Source: Tricharina praecox (taxonomy: Eukaryota). Taken from it: a stretch of 27,961 nt of DNA. Below the pieces are notes generated by a model. The model was not told the DNA's origin, searched no databases, and was given only the letters and a program-made list of their open reading frames with translations. Position 1 is the first letter of the stretch. Every line of letters begins with the position of its first letter. This document shows, piece after piece, positions 10,940-19,991 of the stretch. The stretch spans positions 1,860,001-1,887,961 of the forward strand of contig NW_026250405.1 in assembly GCF_024521635.1 (NCBI RefSeq), read 5' to 3'. The translations under genes were made by a program, and so were the position numbers.

Positions 10940-12938
10940 AAATCCTCCGGCTCACTCTCATTCCTTTCCCAGAATGGAGGGGCCTCCGTCATTGCTTCAT
11001 CCTCCACCACAACCGCCGCAGCCTTGTGTTGCTTGGACCTCGGTCGAGTGGGTTCGGCATCCTGGGTGTCCCGCTTTCTCTTTGTCACGGATGACACCTT
11101 TGGACTCTCGGGGAGTTCGGTACCCGCGACTGTTTTTCTGGCGTAGCATTGGAAAGTTCGGTGGCCGTCTCGTCCGCAACGCCAACAGTCGCACTTGGAT
11201 GCTTTGTGGGCATTGATCTCCTTCTGGGGAACCCCTACCAGAGCCTCCTTTGCTCCTGCGTAGATGTCCCCTTCCCTTGTCCTTCCCTTCCTGACTCCTG
11301 TTGCTTCCTTGGCCTTTCGGCCCTCCGGGGACTCCCCGCTTTCCTTGCGGCCCCCGGGGTCTCTTCCCTTTCCTTGGCTCTGCTGGCCGTTGCCAGGTCC
11401 CTTCCGGTCGCCGCCGGAACCCTGGCTACCCGATCCCCCATTCCTCATTGCCCTTGCCTTTTTCAGCTCGTCCCGTCGTTCCACATGGTTGCCAGCCCTG
11501 AGCACCGTTTCCAGGAAGTCTTCATCGTCTTCGTAGGGTTCGGTGTGCTGGTTGAAGCACATATCGACGATGTCGGTAGTCATGGCCTGGTTGACGATGT
11601 CTTGTAGCGGTTCGCCGGTGGCGCGAGCGATCATGTTGAGCGATCGGAAGGAGGTCATGTAAGCCTGAATGTCTCCTTTGTATTCGAGGGCCCACATCCT
11701 TCTTAATGCGTTCGCTCCTTCCTGCGTGTCGCGGTACGCCTCCTTGAGTGCCTCTTGGTACGCCTGCCAGGTATCTTCCAAGTGTAGCTGCCTCAGGCTT
11801 TTTGGACGGGCCTGATGCCATTCTGCCGCTGTCCCTTCCAGTCGGGATCCCACCCACGCTATCTTCTGCTGCTCGTTAGTCTCTGGGTGGAACTCAAGAT
11901 ATTCTTCAACTGAGTCCCAACATGGACGGAAGGCTGATCTTTGCTTGCCATCGAACGGCTTGGGCTCTTTCATTTTAAGCTTGATGGCCCTCGGGTTCGA
12001 TGCGGAGACGGCAGCAGCGATTATCCGAGCGAAGCGACTCTCCTGATCTTCGTCGTTTTCTCTTGGTAGCGGGGCGTTTCGGTGACGGGGCGGCGACAAC
12101 GCGGCAAGGGGATGGAATCGTCATCATCCGATGGTTTCTCATCCGAGGGATCACCTCCAAGGTTAGTCACCGGACGTCTTGGGGGTGGAGGAGGAGGGGA
12201 CATTCCTGCACCTGCCGGAGTTTCCCTTGTTGCTGACCTTTCTGCCCGCGATCCTCCTCTTGGGGTGGTGTTTACCCACTCTGGGGCCTTTTCCTTCGCC
12301 TTCCCTGTCCTTACCTCTACAGCCTTCAATTTTTTCTCCGCTCGAGCGATTTTTTCCTTGATTCGCTGTTGCTCCTTGTAGAGGTACTCTGCCTTCTCTT
12401 CCTGTTTCCCTGCCCAAATTTCCACGTTGCGGTTGTACACCGCTTGCTCCCTGCGTTGTTCGACTTGCGCCGTTTCGAGGAACACGATGGCGTCTTGTAG
12501 CCAAGCGTTTGCGACGCTTTGCAACTCGCGGTTGTCTTCATCTTTCTGGTTACGTTCTCGAATGACTGCCCATACGTCGCTGCTCAGGGCGTGCGTTGCG
12601 TTCGCTACCGTTGACAGCTCGGTTCGAAGCCATTCTGTATTCATTTCGGCATTGTGAGCGTAGAGGTTGTACACATACTTGACCCCATCGCAGAGTTGTT
12701 CGTAGTTCCTTCTGATTTCCTGCATTCTGGAGTGCTCTTCGTTGAACTTCTGATCGCACGCTTGGTAAAGTTGGCGCAGGTCTCTTTGTGCCGTTTGGTA
12801 TTGGTGGTTCATCAGCCTGAGCCAAGCTGCTGGGTTTCGTACTTCGACAGTTTCGGATGCTTGCGGCATGCTAACGAGCGCATTGCTTAGGGTCTGAGGA
12901 AGTTCGAGGCGGAGCATGTCGAGGTTTGAGGAGGACAT
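10936..12938 (-). pseudogene. gag: A1 gag, split by a 1-nt deletion near 12096
   Basis: ORFs 12021-12938 and 10936-12099 together match the single 667-aa A2 gag; A1 reads GCGTTGTCGCC where A2 reads GCGTCGTTCGCC. Confidence 0.93.
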
Positions 12939-12977
12939 TTCGATAGAAATCGGTGACTGTAACCTTTAAGATTATAG

Positions 12978-13668
12978 TGTGAGACTGGGACGGGTTTGTG
13001 TCGTCGGAGTCTATAGTAAAGTCGAGGATAGAATAAAAGTCAGGGATTTCGATAATTCACAACGGAATAATCTTAAGGGTGTTTCTTCGATGGTTTGTTC
13101 AGTGCGATGATTGTAGTTTGGTTCGGTTTGCCTGCTCGGTTCGACTTATAGTCGTTCCGATCCTCAGCACGTGATTCCTCTAGAGTGCGGCCTAACGTAG
13201 CTCCGTTGCTTCCTTTGCATCGGAGTTCCGCGGCCTAGCCTCGAGTCGTCGTCAGCTCTCTTCGGATAGTCTTCTCGACTAGGCAGGTGGTAAACACCAC
13301 GCGCCCAAGATAGATCGGAGTTTCCGAGCAATTATCTCCCTCATGCGCCGGCAGAGTTCTTCGCTCGAAGTTGTCTGCCCCCATCGGTCGATGTTCGATT
13401 CTCTCGTCATAACAGTTTTTTCCTGGATCGGAGTTCCTACTGCGGGGCCCTATGAACGGAGATCTCAAAGTCCTCTGGACTGTTATCCCGATCTCCCGCA
13501 TCTCCGATCACTGTCTAGACTCTGGAATCCGTTTGCTCCCTCCTTCCTATCTTGTCCTCGATCGCTTCTAACTATCCTTTCGGCTCGCAACTCTATTCTA
13601 ATCACCCGAACTATCTAATCACATCTCTTGCGACCGTTGTGTCCTCCGATAGCTGTCGGGGTGTCACA
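12978..13668 (-). repeat. 5' LTR of A1
   Basis: Followed on the minus strand by PBS CTATAATCTTAAAGG and the gag ATG at 12938. Confidence 0.96.
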
Positions 13669-14340
13669 ACGGATCCGAGTACTCCTCGACACGAGATTTG
13701 CCGTTCCGATCATCAAACGAAGCCTTGCACGGGAACTTGGGTTGCCCCTCATTCAACGGCCCAAGCCGGTGGAAATCAAGGACTTCCACGGAATCATAGT
13801 GGAAGGCGCCGGAGAATATTATACAATGCCAATGCTCCTCCAACACCGGAGACACTACACCAACGAAACCTTCGAAGTGGCCCCCTTGGACGACTGCGAT
13901 GCCTACCTCCCGTATTGGTGGATGGCTAAGCATGAACTGAAAGGGTTGTGGGAGAATGAAGCACAGAAAATTCGCTTCACCAGCACCCGATGCAAGGAAC
14001 AATGCACCTTGCAACAAGCAACCAGCTTTCCGATGGAACTTGACACGTCTGTCATTCACAATTCGGAGGCTCGCATTATAGGATACGTCTCAGCTGGCCC
14101 GGAATCAGATCCACCCATGAATCTGCTTCCGGAGAAGTTCAGACGATATGCCAACATCATGAGCAAGGAAGCAGCCGATAAGCTTCCCGACCACAAGTCC
14201 TACGACCACGCAATCGATCTCAAGGAAGGAGAGACTCCTCCATGGGGTCCTATCTATGCGCTGTCAGAGAAAGAACTTGAGGCCCTCAGGGAGTGGCTCA
14301 AGGAGATGCTCCAGACAGGCCAGATTCGAAGATCCAAATC
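13669..14340 (+). pseudogene. pol: Family-A copy A3, right fragment (protease to start of RT)
   Basis: Continues the A3 sequence exactly across the ACGGA TSD; catalytic DTG reads DTR; ends at the TG of the C1 LTR. Confidence 0.93.
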
Positions 14341-14849
14341 TGTCACGGCTCACCACGGAACGTTTGAGGAAGAGTCGGAATAGGGGTCGCAAGGCAGCGC
14401 AGTGACTGCGCAGCGGGCTGCGCAGGCAGTAATGCAGGAATGAGTCGGAGGAATTTGGGCTGTGTGTTGGAGACAGGGGTAGCGCGGCAGCGCAGGCTGT
14501 GAGTCACTGGAGCGGGGTATCGGCGAGGAGGATTTCTCAGGGTCTGGCACACGCCCACGGTCATTGTCAGGTTGCGGGAAGAAGTGGAGGATTTCCTATA
14601 TAAACGGGCCGGCGCCCCTCTGTAATTAGTTCTTCAGGCAACAACTTGTTAATTCAATCACTGTTACCTCTGTCTTTGCCTCGGCTGCCGTCTGCGCCGT
14701 AGTCCTTGTCCCTGTCTCTGTTCTCAGTGTCGTCTGCACTGAGCCCTGCCTCACCTTGTCCTCTGAATCCGCCTTGCCTCTGCCAAACCTAGAACCCGAT
14801 CCCCAGCCCGGCTTTGCTACCTGGAGCCTTGCCCGACCGTGCCGTTACA
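14341..14849 (+). repeat. 5' LTR of C1 (509 bp)
   Basis: TGTCACGG...CCGTTACA; TATATAAA at 14597-14604; gag ATG 40 nt after its end. Confidence 0.93.
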
Positions 14850-14888
14850 CTTTGTTGCGTCGCCCATCTCTACACCTAGCGAAAAACC

Positions 14889-16091
14889 ATGGCCACCAAC
14901 ACCCCAGCACCAGACCTTCCCCAGCAGGAGGAAGTACCGGTGGCACCACCCTACTACCGAGAAATTCCCGCCGCCATCTACGAACAACTCGAAATCATCG
15001 TTAACCATAATACACCCGCCGACAATGCGACCCTGATAGGGTTGTATAACCAATTCCAAATCATCGCACGCGCAATTACCCATTCCCCCACAGCAGCACC
15101 AACCTGGCGAGTAGACGACCTCGAAGAACAAGTCGCCAACTCCCGTCGCATCGCTAACCGACTTGCCACCCTGGAAACTCAACCCCAGGGCCGTGCAGAA
15201 CGTGTCCCGGAACCTGCCATGTTCGACGGCACCAGGGAAAAGCTTGAGGGATTCGTGGCTCAACTCCGACTCAAGCTATATAGCGACCCCACCCGTTTCC
15301 CGTCACCAGCACTCAGAATGGCGTACACCTTCAACCGCCTTGAAGGACGCGCCCAAGCCCAGATCCTTCCCTACATCCGGAACAACATCATCAGCCTGAC
15401 CGACGCCGATGCAATGATCACCATCCTCGAGAACGCCTTTGGCGACCCTGATCCAGCCGCTACAGCCCGAGCTGAACTCCACCGCCTGAAACAAGGAAAC
15501 AAGGACTTCACATCCTATTTCGCGGAGTTCCAGCGACTGGTGTCCAAGCTGAACTGGGACGAGCACGCAAAGCTCGACGCGTTGCGCGAGGGTGTTTCTA
15601 TCGAACTCCACCGGCAACTCGTGGGCCGCACCCATGGGTTGACCTACAACCAGTTTGTGGCACTATGCCAAAGCTTGGACTCAGAGTTGCGCGCCCTCCA
15701 GCTGCGTAAAGGACGTCGCAATGCGAACAAACCACACAACTCCTCTCTGCCGGCCAACCAAACCCAAACCCAACCCCGTCACCAGCCTCATAACCTTGTC
15801 CCCCACTGCACGAACACGACACCGGCACCCCCGGGGCCCATGGACCTTAGCGCGAACAGCCGGAAAATCTCTGACCAAGAGTGTGCAGCCCGGCTCCGTG
15901 AAGGTCGTTGCCTGTACTGCGGAGGCAGTGGCCATATGGCCCGACACTGCCCCAACAAGAACCGCAACCCTTTCCGCGCTGCGGCAGCACAGCTGGGCCC
16001 TGACCAGCCCGGAACTCCGACCCCCGACCATCCCTACCACAACTGCAACCAGAATTGTGGCGACAACCAGGGACAGCCGGGAAAAGCCTAG
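14889..16091 (+). CDS. gag: C1 Gag (400 aa; capsid domain and CCHC zinc knuckle)
   Basis: PEPAMFDGTREKLEGF, LKQG...YFAEF major-homology-like region, PGPMDLS, CLYCGGSGHMARHC. Confidence 0.93.
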   Translation: MATNTPAPDLPQQEEVPVAPPYYREIPAAIYEQLEIIVNHNTPADNATLIGLYNQFQIIARAITHSPTAAPTWRVDDLEEQVANSRRIANRLATLETQPQGRAERVPEPAMFDGTREKLEGFVAQLRLKLYSDPTRFPSPALRMAYTFNRLEGRAQAQILPYIRNNIISLTDADAMITILENAFGDPDPAATARAELHRLKQGNKDFTSYFAEFQRLVSKLNWDEHAKLDALREGVSIELHRQLVGRTHGLTYNQFVALCQSLDSELRALQLRKGRRNANKPHNSSLPANQTQTQPRHQPHNLVPHCTNTTPAPPGPMDLSANSRKISDQECAARLREGRCLYCGGSGHMARHCPNKNRNPFRAAAAQLGPDQPGTPTPDHPYHNCNQNCGDNQGQPGKA

Positions 16092-17697
16092 ACCAACAAC
16101 CGCTTGATGCCACTGTTGTTGGTCGTACCCAGGATAAGTCTTTTTCTCCCTTTTCTACTCATTTTCGTTTGTGCAATTTGTCAGTGTCTGAGATGGTGGT
16201 GGAGGAATCATCAATGGAAGGAAAACATCTTGTTGTACTATGTAACCTTTCGTTTGGTGACAAAACCATTGCCACGCATGCGCTGATCGATTGTGGAGCA
16301 ACCGGAATCGCCTTTGTAGACAAAGACTTCGCCCGCCATCACAATCTACCCCTCGTACCCCTAGAATTCCCGCGCGCCCTCGAGGTCATCGACGGCCGCC
16401 CCATCGAGTCCGGCGACATCACACACGTCGCCACCACTACCCTGTCAATCCAAGAGCACCACGAAGAACTCCCCATGTTCGTCACCAAGCTGGGGCACTA
16501 CCCAATCGTACTTGGAATTCCCTGGATAGACCTACACGACGTGGCCATCCGATTCAGCTCCCGCACCCTCACCTTTGGTTTCCAATATTGCACTGCACAC
16601 TGCAATACGGTACCTACAGTAGCCCACGGTATCACCACGGACCCACCAGAACTACCCTACGCTCTCGCACCAAACGTAGCTCTGGAAGAGCCAGCGGAAA
16701 GCGCGGGGGCCGGCGACATCGTGGCCCGATGCATTACGTCTCCCCAGATCAAAGAGCACCAGCAGGATGCTAACCAGAGAAAACACACGGTCAGAATCTC
16801 AGCCCTGCGAATAAAGCCCTTCCAGCAGATGGCGGAAAAGGAGAACCTCACCATCTTCGCCACGACCCTGACGGAGATTGATGAAGCTCCATCCGAAGAG
16901 AAACAGAGCTCAACCGCCCACATTCCCCCCGAATGCCACGAATTTCTCCACCTCTTCTCTGAGAGGTTGGCGCAGAAGCTACCACCCCACCGGCAATACG
17001 GCCACAAGATCCCACTAAAAAAAGGATTTGTGCCCCCTTACGGACCCCTCTATTCGCTCTCGAAAACCGAGTTGATCGCACTCAAGGAATGGCTTGACGA
17101 CAATCTGAGCAAGGGATTCATCCGTGCCTCCTCATCACCAGCGGCATCACCGATCCTGTTTGTCAAAAAATCGGACGGCTCCCTGCGACTGTGTGTGAAC
17201 TATCGAGGCCTGAACGAAGGAACCATCAAGAACCGCTACCCACTTCCCCTTCTCCAGGAAACCCTGATGCGACTATCCGGTGCAAAGTATTTCACAACAC
17301 TGGACATCCGCGGTGCTTACAATCTGGTACGAATGGCAGAAGGGGAGGAATGGAAAACGGCCTTCCGGACCCGCTACGGACTTTTCGAATCAATGGTAAT
17401 GCCCTTCGGGCTAACCAATGCGCCAGCCGACTTCCAAGCCCTGATCAACGATGTTTTACGACCGTTCCTGGACGACTTCTGTACCGCCTTCCTAGACGAC
17501 GTCTTCATCTACAGCAAGTGACTGGAAGAACACCGAAAATAGGTCACCAAAGTGTTACGCGCCCTTTCATCGGCAGGACTACACTTGAAACCAGAAAAAT
17601 GCCACTTCCACCAGACGGAGGTCAAATACCTGGGCCTGATCATAACCACGGAGGGGATTAAGATGGATCCTGCCAAATTATCTTGCGTACTCGAATG
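16079..17697 (+). pseudogene. pol: C1 pol (protease and RT) in the -1 frame, two in-frame stops, truncated
   Basis: ALIDCGA protease, MPFGLTNAP, FLDD. Stops at 17519-17521 and 17540-17542; RT homology continues (KPEKCHF...YLG) up to the B insertion. Confidence 0.92.
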
Positions 17698-18431
17698 TGT
17701 GACACCCTGGTCGCAGTCGGCCCGACTTCAGGGTTCGGCTTCTTACCAACGGAAGTTCGGGAAAAATAGTTAGATAGATCGGGGAGCAGGAGGAAACCTT
17801 TAGATTAGTCGTAGCTAGTCAGAGACGAGATAGGAAGGATGGAAGCAAACGGAACCAGAGTCTAGGTGGGATCAGAGGCGCAGCGATACGCACGAAAAGT
17901 CCGATACAGTCATACTCGACTTGAGGCAGGCGAATCGCGAACAAGCGCAGAGAAAACTCTGATCAGAGAAAAACCACTATGACGAGTGTTGCCCCTCTTC
18001 TCGCGTCTTAAGCAAATAAGAGCCGTGCCGAAAGGCGCAGCCGTTGCCCAGCGAAAAGATAGCTGAAACCAGACTATGTTCGGGTAAGGATTGGTGCGCC
18101 ATACCTGCCTAGTTTGTATAAACTATCCTGAACGCTTACGACGACTCTGATGACATGGCGGAGAAAGTCTCCGCACCAAGTGCAGAGATTTCACGCCAGG
18201 GTTTCATCCGGCAACACCCACGGCAACGGCGGGCACGTGACCCGACCAAATCACCCAACTATATAGACTTCCGACGACACGGCGAAAGATTCATCATTAG
18301 AATCAGCAACCAGAAAACCATCGACACTACCCCTTAAGATTATTCCGCTTGTGAAAAGAATACTATCTATTTTCATTCTAAATGCCATTCTATCAATCGA
18401 CTCCGACGACCGAAATCGTTCCAGTCTCACA
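17698..18431 (+). repeat. 5' LTR of B (734 bp)
   Basis: TGTGACACCC...CCAGTCTCACA, the same termini as A; patchy internal similarity to the A LTR; followed by CTATAATCTTAAG. Confidence 0.9.
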
Positions 18432-18482
18432 CTATAATCTTAAGAAAAATCGATACTTTTCTAAAGAATTACCACCTACGAA

Positions 18483-19261
18483 ATGGCATCCCCCTCCAGG
18501 CCGATTGCCGCACCCTCCTCCAACGTGGATATGCTCCGACTGGAGCGCCCACGATCCCTCCAAGAGGTCATCAATGATACCTCTATCGATGACTCAACCG
18601 TCGAAGTTTGGAGCCCCACAGATTGGGTCCGGATGATGATCAACCTACATCGCACGGCGCAAAGGGACCTCCGATCCCTCTACGTCGCCTGTAACAAAAC
18701 CTTCGACCACGGGAACCGCCGAATGCGAGAAATCGAACAAAACTACGAGCCACTCTATCGCGGTTGCCAGTACCTGTTCGGCCTCCAGAACTCAGACGCA
18801 ACGGTCCAACAAGAATGGTTGCGCACGGAGCTATCCGCAATCGCGAACGCGGCACAGGCTTCAGTAGCGATGTTTGGGACATGATCACCGAAAAAACGAA
18901 CGATGCCACACGGCGAATCTTCATCCAGGAAGAAGCGAATGCACGTATGAAAGACGCGATGGTTTTCCTCCAGACGGCAGATCTCGAACGCCAACGGGAG
19001 CAGGCCCAGTACCGACAAAACCTGGAAAGATGGGCAGCACAGCAGGAAGCGGAGACGGCTCGGTTGCGTCAGAACAGAAGAAACTCGCAGACGCATTAGC
19101 CAAAACAAAAAGGGCAACCCGAGAAGTCTCCCTTCGCGGCCGGGCACCCCGCGACGCTACACCCCCGTGGGCCCACAGGAGCCCGCGAAGATCTGAGTCA
19201 ACGGACTCTCATCCACCACCTCAGAGTAGTGGCACCGGAGGAGGAGCACCCCCAATCCCCC
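18483..19261 (+). pseudogene. gag: B gag N-terminal half with two frameshifts (~18860 and ~19070)
   Basis: SSNVDMLRLE, TAQRDLR, EWLRTELS, SSDVW and ARMKDAMVFLQTA align with A gag across three reading frames. Confidence 0.88.
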
Positions 19262-19952
19262 TGTGACACCCCGATAGGTATCGGAGGTCACGACGGTCGC
19301 AAGAGATGTGATTAGATAGTTCGGGTGATTAGAATAGAGTTGCGAGCCGAAAGGATAGTTAGAAGCGATCAAGGACAAGATAGGAAGGAGGGAGCAAACG
19401 GATTCCAGAGTCTAGACAGTGATCGGAGATGCGGGAGATCGGGATAAACAGTCCAGAGGACTTTGAGATCTCCGATCATAGGGCCCCGCAGTAGGAACTC
19501 CGATCCAGGAAAAAACTGTTATGACGAGAGAATCGAACATCGACCGATGGGGGCAGACAACTTCGAGCGAAGAACTCTGCCGGCGCATGAGGGAGATAAT
19601 TGCTCGGAAACTCCGATCTATCTTGGGCGCGTGGTGTTTACCACCTGCCTAGTCGAGAAGACTATCCGAAGAGAGCTGACGACGACTCAAGGCTAGGCCG
19701 CGGAACTCCGATGCAAAGGAAGCAACGGAGCTACGTTAGGCCGCACTCTAGAGGAATCACGTGCTGAGGATCGGGACGGCTATAAGCCGAACCGAGCGGG
19801 CAACCGAACAAAACTACAATCATCGCACCGAACAAACCATCGAACAAACACCCTTAAGATTATTCCGTTGTGAATTATCGAAATCCCTGACTTTTATTCT
19901 ATCCTCGATTTTACTATAGACTCCGACGACACAAACCCGTCCCAGTCTCACA
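19262..19952 (+). repeat. 5' LTR of A2 (691 bp)
   Basis: TGTGACA...TCTCACA; direct repeat of 25944-26635. Confidence 0.96.
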
Positions 19953-19966
19953 CTATAATCTTAAGG
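19953..19966 (+). promoter_or_regulatory. Self-priming primer-binding site of A2
   Basis: ATAATCTTAAGG (19955-19966) is the exact reverse complement of CCTTAAGATTAT (19852-19863) in the LTR; there is no TGG tRNA-type start. Confidence 0.85.
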
Positions 19967-19991
19967 TTACAGTCACCGATTTCTATCGAAA

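Larger units (their letters stand above)
6335..13668 (-). mobile_element. Full-length chromoviral Ty3/Gypsy element, family A copy A1 (defective), TSD ACGGA
   Basis: Two 691-bp LTRs; ACGGA at 6330-6334 and 13669-13673; PPT at 7026-7039; PBS at ~12963-12977; gag and PR-RT-RH-IN-chromodomain order. Confidence 0.97.
14341..17697 (+). mobile_element. Ty3/Gypsy family C element (C1), 5' half only
   Basis: LTR, PBS, gag, protease and RT; interrupted at 17697 by element B and never resumes before the telomere. Confidence 0.93.

Noticed and set aside
16138..16184. Pyrimidine-rich tract ending in CAG after C gag as a splice acceptor
   Set aside because: The pol frame is open through it and a canonical frameshift cassette already explains pol expression; no donor was identified.
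18141..18200. Hammerhead-like CTGATGA...GAAA in the B LTR
   Set aside because: There is no credible stem II, and the sequence after the putative cleavage site does not pair with the strand upstream of CTGA, so stem I is missing.
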